In this document: positions 12,407 to 23,585 of the stretch, piece after piece
Layout of the letters: every line of letters starts with the position of its first letter
Numbering within the stretch: the first letter of the stretch is position 1
Assembly (NCBI GenBank): GCA_010356995.1
Contig: ML996687.1
Coordinates: 1,923,803 to 1,987,802, forward strand
DNA from: Trichodelitschia bisporula
Lineage: Eukaryota
DNA: 64,000 nucleotides
Reading direction: 5' to 3'
The notes under the pieces: generated by a model
The model's database searches: none
What the model saw: only the letters and a program-made list of their open reading frames with translations
What the model was told of the DNA's origin: nothing
Program-made: the position numbers and the translations under genes

Positions 12407-15400
12407 ATGGCGGACGTTACGAGTGATGCAAAGACGGCGCAGGACCCCTCGGCCTGGGGCAGCTCGGCCATCGACGATGAAGTCGACCTCGATCATCCTG
12501 TCCACCGCAACTCGGTGCACCAGCGCCTGCGCGCCAACAGCAGCATCATGCAGTTGAAGAAGATCCTGGGTGCGTTCGCAGTGCCCTCGCAAAAACGCGC
12601 CTACCCTCAAATTGCTAACCAAACCGAAAAGTTGCCAACCGTGGCGAGATCCCCATCCGCATCTTCCGTACTGCTCACGAATTGTCCCTCCACACGGTGG
12701 CCGTCTTCAGCTATGAGGATCGCCTCAGCATGCATCGCCAGAAGGCTGACGAGGCCTATGTCATCGGCAAGCGCGGCCAGTACACGCCCATTGGTGCCTA
12801 TCTTGCCGGCGACGAGATCATCAAAATCGCCCTTCAGCACGATGTCAACATGATTCATCCTGGCTATGGTTTCTTGTCGGAGAACGCAGAGTTCGCCCGC
12901 AACGTCGAGAAGGCGGGGTTGATTGTAAGTGGCTTGCTTTTTTCGTCGCGGGTGGCTTGCAGCCAACTGTTTTCCCCACCTATGAACTTTTGCTTCCTCC
13001 CACCCCTCCCTCCTCCTCCTCCTCCTCACCCTCCCTCACCATCAACGCACCCTCGAGACAAGGACAGTGTTACAAGGCCCCGGTTCTGCGTGCCTTTGTT
13101 GCAAGCACACCGCTGGCCTTGCAGCAATGCGCCGCGTGCTGTACTCGCTGAGAAAGAAAAAAATAACTCGTCCGCATGCTGCGTCAGAGATTGAAATTTT
13201 TTTTTTCTGGCTCTAAAACCGGCCGCGGCATTTCCCCACGTCTCCGGTCAGTGTGCACGTTGCCCCACTCCGTTGCAGAGTGGGAGGTCGCGGTGTTTTG
13301 TCGCACCGCCTTGTCACATGCAATGCAGCTCGACGCGGGATACGCGCTTGCTCACATGCTTCTTTACAGTTTGTCGGCCCTAGCCCCGAGACCATCGATG
13401 CGCTTGGCGACAAGGTGTCGGCCCGCCGGCTGGCCATCAAGTGCGAAGTGCCCGTTGTGCCTGGTACCCCGGGCCCCGTCGAGAAGTTCGAGGAAGTCAA
13501 GGAGTTTACCGACCAATATGGCTTCCCCATCATCATCAAGGCGGCCTTTGGCGGTGGTGGTCGTGGCATGCGTGTCGTGCGCGAGCAGGGCACGCTCAAA
13601 GACTCGTTCGAGCGCGCTACGTCCGAGGCCAAGTCCGCCTTTGGCAACGGCACCGTCTTCGTCGAGCGCTTCCTCGACAAACCCAAGCACATTGAGGTGC
13701 AGCTGCTGGGCGACAATCACGGCAACGTCGTGCACCTGTACGAGCGTGACTGCTCCGTGCAGCGCCGCCACCAGAAGGTGGTCGAGATCGCCCCGGCCAA
13801 GGATCTGCCGGTCGCGGTCCGCGATGCTATTCTCGCCGACGCCGTGAAGCTGGCCAAGTCGGTCAACTACCGCAACGCGGGCACGGCCGAGTTCTTGGTG
13901 GATCAGCAGAACCGCCATTACTTCATCGAGATCAACCCCCGCATCCAGGTGGAGCACACGATTACCGAGGAGATCACTGGTATCGATATCGTCGCCGCCC
14001 AGATCCAGATCGCTGCTGGCGCCTCGCTGGCGCAGCTTGGTCTCAGCCAGGACCGCATCTCGACCCGCGGCTTTGCCATCCAGTGCCGCATCACCACTGA
14101 AGATCCGGCCACGGGCTTCTCGCCCGACACCGGCAAGATCGAGGTGTACCGCTCGGCGGGCGGCAACGGCGTGCGTCTCGATGGTGGCAATGGCTTCGCT
14201 GGCGCCATCATCACGCCTCACTACGACTCCATGTTGGTCAAGTGCACGTGCCACGGCTCTACATACGAGATTGCGCGCCGCAAGATCCTGCGTGCGCTAG
14301 TCGAGTTCCGCATCCGCGGCATCAAGACCAACATTCCCTTCTTGGCGTCGCTGCTGACGCACCCCGTCTTCATCGAGGGCACGTGCTGGACGACCTTCAT
14401 CGACGACACTCCCGAGCTCTTCTCGCTCATTGGCAGCCAGAACCGTGCTCAGAAGCTGCTGGCGTATCTTGGTGATTTGGCCGTCAATGGCAGCTCCATC
14501 AAGGGCCAGATCGGCGAGCCCAAGTTCAAGGCTGAGATCGCGGCGCCCGAGCTCGCCGACCACAACGGCCAGGTCATTGATACCAGCTACCCCTCCACCA
14601 AGGGCTGGCGCAACATCCTCGTCAAAGAGGGCCCCGCCGCGTTCGCCAAGGCGGTGCGCGCGTACCCGGGGACCCTCATCATGGACACGACCTGGCGTGA
14701 CGCCCATCAGTCGCTCCTCGCGACCCGTGTTCGCACGGTTGATATGCTCAACATCGCCAAGGAGACGAGCCACGCGCTGAGCAACGCATGGGCGCTGGAG
14801 TGCTGGGGCGGCGCGACGTTCGACGTGGCGATGCGCTTCCTGTACGAGGACCCATGGGACCGCCTGCGCAAGTTTCGCAAGATGGTGCCCAACATCCCGT
14901 TCCAGATGCTGCTGCGTGGCGCCAACGGTGTGGCTTACTCGTCGCTGCCCGACAACGCCATCTACCACTTCTGCGAGCAGGCCAAGCGCGCAGGTGTCGA
15001 CATCTTCCGCGTGTTCGACGCGCTCAACGACGTCGACCAGCTCGAGGTCGGCATCAAAGCTGTGCTCAAGGCCGGCGGTGTTGCTGAGGGCACCATGTGC
15101 TACTCCGGCGACATGCTGAACCCGAAGAAGAAGTACAACTTCGAGTACTACATGAGTCTGGCTGAGAAGATCATCGGCATGGGCGCCCACATCCTTGGCA
15201 TCAAGGACATGGCCGGCGTGCTCAAGCCCCGCGCCGCTACGAAGCTGATCGGCGCTCTGCGCCAGAAGTACCCGGACGTCCCGATCCACGTCCACACGCA
15301 CGACTCCGCGGGCACGGGTGTTGCCTCGATGGTTGCCTGCGCACAGGCCGGCGCTGATGCCGTTGACGCTGCGACCGATAGCTTGTCGGGCATGACGTCG

Positions 15401-16572
15401 CAGCCGTCGATCGGCGCCGTTGTGAGCTCGCTCGAGGGCTCGGACCAGGACACCGGGCTCGACCCGCACCAGCTGCGCATCATCGACGGCTACTGGGCGC
15501 AGGTCCGGCTGCTGTACTCGCCCTTCGAAGCCGGTCTCACGGGTCCGGATCCCGAGGTCTACGAGCACGAGATCCCGGGTGGCCAGCTCACGAATCTGAT
15601 TTTCCAGGCTAGTCAGCAGGGGCTCGGCGAGCAGTGGGCGCAGACGAAGAAGGCGTATGAGCAGGCTAATGATTTGCTGGGTGATATTGTGAAGGTCACG
15701 CCGACGAGCAAGGTTGTGGGTGATTTGGCCCAGTTTATGGTGTCGAATAAGTTGAGCTATGAGGATGTCCTCGCCAAGGCCGAGCACTTGGATTTCCCGT
15801 CCAGTGTGCTCGAGTTCTTTGAGGGACTGATGGGGCAGCCGTATGGTGGTTTCCCTGAGCCGCTGCGGACGCAGGCCCTGCGCGGGCGCCGCAAGATGGA
15901 TAAGCGCCCTGGGCTCTATCTTGAGCCGGTGGACTTCGACAAGGTGCGCAAGGAGCTTAAGGAGAAGTGGGGCGGGTGCACGGAGACGGATGTCGCCAGC
16001 TACATCATGTACCCGAAGGTGTTTGAGGACTACAAGAAGTGGACCGCGCGGTTCGGCGACCTCAGCGTTCTCCCCACACGCTACTTCCTCGCCAAACCCG
16101 AGGTGGGCGAGGAGTTCCATGTCGAGCTCGAGAAGGGGAAGGTGCTTATTATTAAGCTCCTGGCTGTGGGGCCGCTGAGCGAGCAGACTGGCCAGCGCGA
16201 GGTTTTCTACGAGATGAATGGCGAGGTGCGCCAGGTTACGGTTGATGATGTGCATGCGGCTGTCGATAATGTGAGGCGGCCGAAGGCGGATCCGACGGAT
16301 ACGACTCAGGTGGGCAGTCCGATGGCTGGTGTGGTGGTGGAGATTAGGGTGCATGATGGGGCGGAGGTTAAGAAGGGGGATCCGATTGCTGTGTTGAGTG
16401 CGATGAAGATGGTGAGTCTTGTTTTTGAGAATGGTAGTTGGGGGGATGGGGCTAATGTTTGTGATAGGAAATGGTTATTTCGGCGCCGCATAGTGGGAAG
16501 ATTGGGAACCTGGGGGTCAGGGAGGGAGACTCGGTTGATGCGCAGGATTTGGTGTGCAAGATTGTCAAGTAA
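12407..16572 (+). CDS. PYC1: Pyruvate carboxylase
   Basis: VANRGEIPIRIFR, HPGYGFLSEN, ERDCSVQRRHQKVVE (biotin carboxylase); RDAHQS, WGGATFD, HVHTHD, DIVKVTPTSK (carboxyltransferase); AMKM biotinylation motif. Introns at ~12570-12631, 12925-13369, 16412-16468. Confidence 0.98.
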
Positions 16573-16617
16573 GTGGTGGTATGATAGAGGAGGAATGGGT
16601 TACGTGAAATGGGATTC

Positions 16618-16640
16618 TGCTGCTGCTGCTGCTGCTGCTG
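16618..16640. repeat. (TGC)n microsatellite in the pyruvate carboxylase 3' region
   Basis: About 7-8 perfect units. Confidence 0.9.
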
Positions 16641-16983
16641 TATGTGTGTGATGTATGTGATGTCTGTGTGTTGTCGTCGAGGCGGTCATGCGGAGGAGCG
16701 GTTCCTCCTGAACGTGCCACTGGGCAAATACCTCAACCTCCACAGTTCAACGCAAGTTATCACCTCTCCATTACTGGTCCGTTCCTTCATCCCGGCTCCT
16801 TCAGACCTCAGCGACGAGACATCGTACTCCCCCTTAGACAGGTGCACCCGCATCGCTAGAGCCGGTTTGTCGTATCCAGCTTTTCTTGAGAGAGCTGGCA
16901 GCATCAACTCCACTCCTCGGAAAGTACGGTGTTTAAGGTTAGCTCGTCCCCTCGAGGTGATGTACTGACGGGCTCACGGCACG

Positions 16984-17118
16984 TGCGTACAATATGGTAA
17001 TTGCCAAAGTAATTTGAAGACGAGGAGAGTCAGAGAGTCAGAGACTCTCGAGATATAAATACACGATACCAAGTATCCTCCTTTGCTCCTTCTTCTCTAA
17101 CATACTCGCATTACATCA
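16984..17118 (+). repeat. Dispersed repeat family, copy B
   Basis: GAAGACGAGGAGAG..GAGACTCTCGAGATATAAATACACGATACCAAGTATCCTCCTTTGCTCCTTC..CATTACATCA. Confidence 0.85.
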
Positions 17119-17860
17119 CGTCCCTGCTTACATAAAGATGCTTCTTCCATAACCACATCACGAGGTTTGTGGATTAAGAGGAAGTGGGCGCGGGATGAAG
17201 TATATCGGTGGACGGGCTGCGTGGGAAACGCGGGTTCGGGATCGGGATCGGGCCCGCGAAGCCCTGCCCCACGCGAATCCCTGCAGAACATCTCCAAAAA
17301 GTTTACCACCAAACCCCGCCATCAGCATCGACACCCTCACCACAACCACATCCTCCTCCACTCCCGCGTCCCCTTCTTGAAGCGCCTACTCTTCCCCTCT
17401 ATTTTCTCCCACATCACGCTTCTCCCAACACTCCTCCTCAACTCCCCAAGACCCCCAAAATCCACCGCGATACTCCACCATCAATCACTTCCCGGCGCGA
17501 CCGCCCCCCGCTCGGCCCACAGCTTCGCGACTTCACGGCTTCCACCCCTTCCTGCTCTACTGTCAACTATAGCGAAGCTGAGGCCAAGTTTTCTACGCTC
17601 CGCGGCGTCGAAAGCGCCACTAAGAACTCCGCGACGGTGGCGCTGGTGTCGGGATAAGCGCCACGGCTACGGCTTCACGGCTTCGACTCTTACGACCTCT
17701 TGTCTACCCGTCTATCCTCTCTCGTCGTCTACGTTCAGCTACACATATCTCTTTATCCTTCTAGTTCTACTCCCCAGCTCCCCCGGGGGGATCAGGACAA
17801 CCCCGACTAGCGATACCAGTCTCGTCCCAACCGCCCCCTCCCCCAAAAGTCGCCTTCGCA

Positions 17861-18352
17861 ATGTCCACCCAAACCGCACAAGCCCTCTCCACCCTCTCCC
17901 TCCCCTCCTCCCCACCCCCGACGGCAGCACAAATAAAAGCCGCCTACCACCGCGCCCTCCTCTTACACCACCCGGACAAGGCTCGCCCCTCCATCACCAC
18001 CACCACTCCCCCCCCATCAAAACGGCCAACAATAGACGCCATCCGCACCGCTTTCCTCACCCTCACCTCCCCTTCCAACCCCAACCCCACTCACCCCACC
18101 AACCGTCCCTCCACCACCGCCCCCTCCCCCCCAGACCCAGCGGCCCACGCCGAACCCCTCGATATAAGCGAAATGGACTACGATGAGGAGGGGAGGGTTT
18201 ACAGCTACCCGTGTCGGTGTGGTGTGGGGGGGTATGAGGTTAGGGAGGCGTGGTTGGAAACCGCGGCGGGAGAGGGGGTATTCGAGGTGTTGGTGGGGTG
18301 TGGGGGGTGTAGTTTGTGGAGGAGGGTTGAGTTTGAGGAGGGGGAGTCATGA
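17861..18352 (+). CDS. DPH4: Diphthamide biosynthesis protein 4 (J-domain + CSL zinc finger)
   Basis: IKAAYHRALLLHHPDK (J-domain HPD) followed by YPCRCG...VGCGGCSLW (zf-CSL). Confidence 0.93.
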   Translation: MSTQTAQALSTLSLPSSPPPTAAQIKAAYHRALLLHHPDKARPSITTTTPPPSKRPTIDAIRTAFLTLTSPSNPNPTHPTNRPSTTAPSPPDPAAHAEPLDISEMDYDEEGRVYSYPCRCGVGGYEVREAWLETAAGEGVFEVLVGCGGCSLWRRVEFEEGES

Positions 18353-18929
18353 TTTGGGTGGTGAGGGGTGGGAAAAGGTTGATGGGGATGGGAAGCTTTG
18401 ATGGCGCTGGTTATGGCATGAGGCACAAACGGCGTCTGTATGGGGTGTATCTCACCCCTTGGTTTTGGTGTCTTATAATGTGGACTGGGAAATGGTCGAC
18501 ACAGCTCGGGATTTAGTCTCCTGAATGGTGGAGGATAGCCAATGTGTAGCTGTGGGGATAGAGCATTGAGCATGAATAACTGAGATTGACGGCTGTTGAG
18601 TCGTCATTGTAAAGTTTCGAGGAGCTCAGTGCCGTTCCTACAGGTTTAAGGGGCAGACGTGGGGCACGGCGTTGTCTTCATTGAAGCGGATACCCTCCAT
18701 TCCAGACGAACGGAGCCAGCCCGCGTACCAAAAGATCTAAATAATTAATGCCGTAGATGCCGCCGCCAAAGGTGGGGGGCGGGTGGGTGCAAGGCGTATA
18801 CGAGTTCAAATCCAGTTTTTGAGGCCTGCTCGATATCGAGTCCAGAACCGATAATCGTGAGTGACACACATTCCCCGTTCCGTAGACATGAAGCAGGAGT
18901 CATCAATAAGTTAGGAAGGGATATATTTC

Positions 18930-19036
18930 TCTACGGAAGGAGCATTATGGAAGGAAGGAGGAAAGGTGGATACTTGCCACCATATATTTAAATCCCTCTT
19001 CCTCTCTTCTCTCTTCTCTCTTCCTCTCATCATCAT
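18930..19036 (-). repeat. Dispersed repeat family, copy C (more diverged)
   Basis: Reverse complement: purine run, TTTAAATATGGTGGCAAGTATCCACCTTTCCTCCTTCCTTC..AATGCTCCTTCC. Confidence 0.65.
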
Positions 19037-19442
19037 GCTCCAATCTTCAGCACCGCACTCGCCTTTCACACATAACTCGCCCTCACTCCCATCGCCCAAC
19101 TCCCAAGACAGTCACACCATCACTCAAGCACAGGCAGAACCCAGATAACCAGCATCAAGAACAATCCTCGCGGACCCATCATTCATATATACCACCCTGC
19201 TCTTCACACACAAACAGACGCTACACGCGTACACAGAGTGAAGAATCTCACAAACAACACAGGATATCCGCCACCGTCGTAAAATCCGCCGGTAACGAAC
19301 CATAACCCATAAACCCATGCAATTTTCCCCTCCCCTCCATTTCCTCACACCATCCAGATGGCACAACCCAGCGCGAAGCACTTTAATCAAAGAACGCCCA
19401 CAATGCACCTCCCCATCCAACCCCTCAAACCCCCTCAAAACA

Positions 19443-22142
19443 CTAATCCTCATCAACCTCCTCCACCGGCGCCGGCGTCCTCCTCTCCTTCCCATGCCTC
19501 CGCCTCCTCCTCGCACTACTCACATTACTAGCACTATCATCCGGCCTAATCTCACTTGCCCCATCATCCCCCCACTCCTCCCCNNNNNNNNNNNNNNNNN
19601 NNNNNNNNNNNNNNNNNNNNNNNNNNNNNNNNNNNNNNNNNNNNNNNNNNNNNNNNNNNNNNNNNNNNNNNNNNNNNNNNNNNNNNNNNNNNNNNNNNNN
19701 NNNNNNNNATCCCCTCCTCGCCAACCCCCCCACCGCCAACCCCGTACTCCGCGCCCGCAACGCAGCACGTACACCTTCAGCCTTGGCGTGCAGCGCCTCG
19801 AAGGCGTCTTCCAGCGCCTCCATGCCGGCGTATATCTCGCGCTCGACTTCGCCCAGGACGGCGATTTCGGTGTCTTCGTCTATTTGCACCGGTGCGCCTG
19901 CGCTGCCACCGGGACTAACCCCCCCACTCGCCAAACTCGTCGCGCTACCGAAGGGCGTAGCCCCGCGGGACGGCGTAGCGGGGAAGGGACTCTGCGTCCG
20001 ACTCCCCGGCACCGCGCCGGCGGGACTCGGTGTCTCGGCGCCGCTCCAGAGGAAGCCGTCGAAGCGGCCACTCGTCAGAATCTCCCATTCCGCGGCCGAG
20101 ATCGCGGCGAGGGTCGCGAGGACGGTGTGCAGCGCTGGATGTTTCAATAAAAAGATCGCGCACTCGGCGTCGCGGGGTGTCTGCGCTAAGCGGTAAAGCC
20201 GCTGCAGCGCGCGGGCGGTGCGCGAGAGCGTGTCCGGTCTCGCAGGGTTCTTCTCTACCGCGGGCGTGGGCGCACGGCTGGGCGGGAGGGCGGCGTTGCC
20301 GCGCAGCAGCGCGGTGAAGAGGCGGCGGTTGTGTGGCTCGAGATGGGTTAGGATTGCGAAGACGAGCGTGTCGTTGTCTACGTCCTGCGGTGGGGAGGAG
20401 GGGAGTTCGGGTTGGCTGGCCAGCCAGGCCTGGACTACGTCCTTGGTCTTGCGGCTCTGGCGGATGTAATGCTCGCGATACTCCTCCGGGACATCGATAT
20501 CGAGTTTCTGCATCGGCGCTTCCACGGCATCCAGCCTCGGCGCGTCGGGCGAAATGGTGAACGGCGGCCAGGGAGGCAATTCCCTCCGCCCGCTCACAAA
20601 CTCCAATATCTCGCCCCAGGAAATACTATCTGGCTCATTGCTCATCGGGGGCGGATTCAGCGTGCACATAACGCAGTCACACTTCTCAGACCCAATGTCG
20701 CGATTGAACACCCGCTCCAGCCTATCCAGCAGCCTGCGCGCCACGGATTTGTACCCCGTTGCCACGGCCAAGCTCCCGTGCCGCGCGAGCACTTGCATGT
20801 AATTATCGAGCACGCTCTGCAGCGGCGAGAACACGATACGTGCGTCCCGCAGAGGCGGCGGACCGGACAGGCGCGGCGAGGCGTAGGTTGAGTATTGGTG
20901 GATTGGAGAGGGGGGCGCGAGGACGGCGAGGAAGCTGCGGGGGACGGGTGTGGGCAGACCGCCGTGTTGGAGGAGGTAGTCTACGCGGGGGATGTGCTGG
21001 GTGTCGATTGCTGGTGGGGGAGGTGGGGGCGGGGGAGGGGCGGGCATGCGTGATTGTTGGTAGGAGGCTTGGTAGGGGGAGTTGGCCATGCTGGATCCGG
21101 CGCTGAGGGGCACGGGGTGGACTTCCACGGGTGCGGGCTTTTGCTTGCGGGGGGGGAAGGCGGTGGTGGTGGGTGTGCGGGGGGAGGAGTCCGACGCCGA
21201 GACTGGGGATGACCGGGACGTCGTTTCAGCTGCCGGGGCCGCTGGGGGTTGGGAAGCCTTGGGAGCGAGTTCTGTAGTCGTCGACGCGCCCATGGAGCGT
21301 GCCGTCGTAGCCCCCGTAGCCGTACTCTCCGACAACGCCGTCGACTTGTACCCGCGCGGCTCAGGCTCATTCGTGACGAAGGAACTAATCTCCGACGTCT
21401 CGTTCTTGCGTTCAAGTTCCTTGCGCTCAAGCTCCGGCGAGCGATGCGTCTCGGTCGCAGACGAATAGGTCCAGCTCGTAATCTCAGACGCCTCATCCAG
21501 AACATCAGCCCGCCTCCGGTCCAACGAGCGCGACTTGCGACGGTGCGGATTCAAATCGCTCAGGCTGCCAGTGCGCACCGGGTCGGCCTTGTCCTTGCCC
21601 GGCCGCATGCTGTTCCCACTGCGGCTGCGGCGCAGATCGGCATCTGTGGTCGTGAGCGGCGGGCTTGGCGGGGCGTTCTCAACGTCGGCATTACGGCGCT
21701 TGTCCGGCAGTTGTGTGCCCAGGTCCGTGGGTTCGGGGGTGAACGGTGATTGCCGGGAAATGTTCTCGCGGCTGACGGCCTCTTTGCTGTGTTGCTTCGA
21801 GAAAGACGGGTACCGCGAGGCAGGCGAGCCGAGGGAGCGCCGGTCGAGCTCTGGGACGACGGCTCGCCGGTCCGAGGAGCGGATGGAGGATGAATCGCTC
21901 CCCGTGCGCCGCTCGGTGCGTTCAGCGCCAGTCGACGCGCGCTTGCGGACGTGCCGGTGCTTCTTTTCCTTCCTGTCATTGTCTCTATGCTTGTCGCGGT
22001 CTCGATCCTTGTCGCGGTCCTTAGGTTCACGATCCCGCTCTTTCTCGCCGTCTCGGTCCCGCACTTCGCTGTCTTTGTCGAGCTTCGAGCGGCGATCGCG
22101 GTCGTCGGGCCGACGCCGCACGCTGCTGCTGGAGTAGTTCAT
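19443..22142 (-). CDS. Conserved fungal hypothetical protein (R/D-rich and Pro-rich disordered N-terminus, folded C-terminal region); spans an N-gap
   Basis: ~900-codon ORF; first ATG at 22142. Protein-like core PRVDYLLQHGGLP, LAVATGYKSVARRLLDRLERVF, CDCVMC, EWEILTSGRFDGFLWSGA. Function not assignable. Confidence 0.85.
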   Translation of the reverse strand: MNYSSSSVRRRPDDRDRRSKLDKDSEVRDRDGEKERDREPKDRDKDRDRDKHRDNDRKEKKHRHVRKRASTGAERTERRTGSDSSSIRSSDRRAVVPELDRRSLGSPASRYPSFSKQHSKEAVSRENISRQSPFTPEPTDLGTQLPDKRRNADVENAPPSPPLTTTDADLRRSRSGNSMRPGKDKADPVRTGSLSDLNPHRRKSRSLDRRRADVLDEASEITSWTYSSATETHRSPELERKELERKNETSEISSFVTNEPEPRGYKSTALSESTATGATTARSMGASTTTELAPKASQPPAAPAAETTSRSSPVSASDSSPRTPTTTAFPPRKQKPAPVEVHPVPLSAGSSMANSPYQASYQQSRMPAPPPPPPPPPAIDTQHIPRVDYLLQHGGLPTPVPRSFLAVLAPPSPIHQYSTYASPRLSGPPPLRDARIVFSPLQSVLDNYMQVLARHGSLAVATGYKSVARRLLDRLERVFNRDIGSEKCDCVMCTLNPPPMSNEPDSISWGEILEFVSGRRELPPWPPFTISPDAPRLDAVEAPMQKLDIDVPEEYREHYIRQSRKTKDVVQAWLASQPELPSSPPQDVDNDTLVFAILTHLEPHNRRLFTALLRGNAALPPSRAPTPAVEKNPARPDTLSRTARALQRLYRLAQTPRDAECAIFLLKHPALHTVLATLAAISAAEWEILTSGRFDGFLWSGAETPSPAGAVPGSRTQSPFPATPSRGATPFGSATSLASGGVSPGGSAGAPVQIDEDTEIAVLGEVEREIYAGMEALEDAFEALHAKAEGVRAALRARSTGLAVGGLARRGXXXXXXXXXXXXXXXXXXXXXXXXXXXXXXXXXXXXXXXXXXGEEWGDDGASEIRPDDSASNVSSARRRRRHGKERRTPAPVEEVDED

Positions 22143-23585
22143 CTCAACGCATTTGTCGGCCTCGTTGGCGGGTGTGTGTTGCAAGCTCTGGTTCTAGCTC
22201 TGTCGTCGACCAGCGAGCACGGCTCTCGGTAGCTTTCTATGTATCCCCGCTGCGTATCGGCTTTCGTCCTGATAGAAGCACGGCAGATGGACCCCGCCTT
22301 CCACCAACTCACGGCGGCTAGGGGAGGTTACGATTGGCTCAGTCGCGGGGCGCGGCTCAGGCGTGCAGGAAGCGGGCCAGCGGCACAGCACTGCGTAGGG
22401 ACTGTTCGCTGCAGTTCGATAAGGTGTGCTTTAAAGGCGTGCGTTCGGATGGGTGGAATGGATGTTGGGTGATGGTGGAGATGTGTTCGGGGAGTGAAAA
22501 GGAAGATGTGGTGTGGGTGTTGCAGGAGGTGCAGTTGGTGCGCTGGCTGACGTTGCACGCACGGGTTGGCGAGTTGGGCGCGCTAGGCTGCTTTGGGCAA
22601 GGTGGCCATGTTTTGGACGACTGAGGCGGTATGAGCCGCGAATTAAGGAACGGGCCGGGGAGGGTGAGTGTGGGGTGGTAGGTCAGTCAACGGAGCTTTT
22701 CTGGTGGTCTGTTCGGATTCTTCTTCTTGCCTTGCTTTGCTTTGGGGGGTTTGTGGGTTTGTGGGTTCGATGAGATGTTGGGAGGTTGGGGAGGCCGAAA
22801 TCAAGGACGGTCGTCGCGTTCCTGATCGGCGCGGGGGACGGAGGGGTATTGACACACGTGGACCGGCATGCGTCGTTGGGTTGTACAGAGTGAAGTCGGA
22901 GGATGCTGTGAAGAGGGATGGGACGGGATGTGAATGGCCTGATGGACGGTGGTGACCTGTACCAAAGAGTCGGGATGGGATGGGATGGAGTGGGATGGGA
23001 GGCGAGGGGAGGGGAGGGGAGGGGAGGGGAGGAGAGGAGAGGGGAGGGGAGGGGAAGCAGCATTGTCAACTATTCAACGTGCCTATCTTCAGATCAGAGG
23101 CATGATTACCCATAGTCACTAGCAGAGACAACGAGCAACTCATTTCATAGCTATGTCATGAGAGAGAGTGTTTGTTGAGCCTATGTCCTAGTAATAGTGA
23201 CAGCGGCCGATATATGCGCTTGTCTTCCACAGGAATCCTCTTTCGAGCGGAAACCTGCGCCAACAGGTCCCTTTGGTAGAACAACGCCCTATCTACCACC
23301 AGGACAGAAGGCGGGTTGTTCGGCTTCCTCAGCATAGTGCCCAGTTTGTACCGGACCTTCCTTTCTTCCTCAATCTGCAGAACGGCAGTTCGCATAAGAG
23401 TTGAGCGGCTCACCGTGACCATGTCATCATCCCCGTGGCCCCAGACCGCATAATCGACTTCTTCAAGGTACCAATTGCCAGGCTGCGCATCATCCTTCCT
23501 GCCCAGCCTCTCTTTGTGCACAAGACGTACTGTCTCTGCTCAGTCTCCCGTCGGCGAGCCCGGAACAGCTCCAGCGCGGCGCGAA

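Noticed and set aside
13147..13200. CTGAGA in the PYC1 intron suggesting a TPP riboswitch
   Set aside because: The downstream CTTGAT..GGATAATAC..CGAAAGG elements are absent.
4971..16354. Long antisense ORFs opposite CHC1 and PYC1 (e.g. 7020-9026, 14297-16354), and similar ones opposite DED1 and the ArfGAP
   Set aside because: Expected shadows of strong GC3 codon bias; no recognisable protein features.
18802..18820. GAGTTCAAATCC followed by a T-run (Pol III-like)
   Set aside because: No T-stem, A-box or cloverleaf.
19443..22142. Database-style label 'G/T mismatch DNA glycosylase' that I associate with this family
   Set aside because: No glycosylase motif visible; kept as hypothetical.
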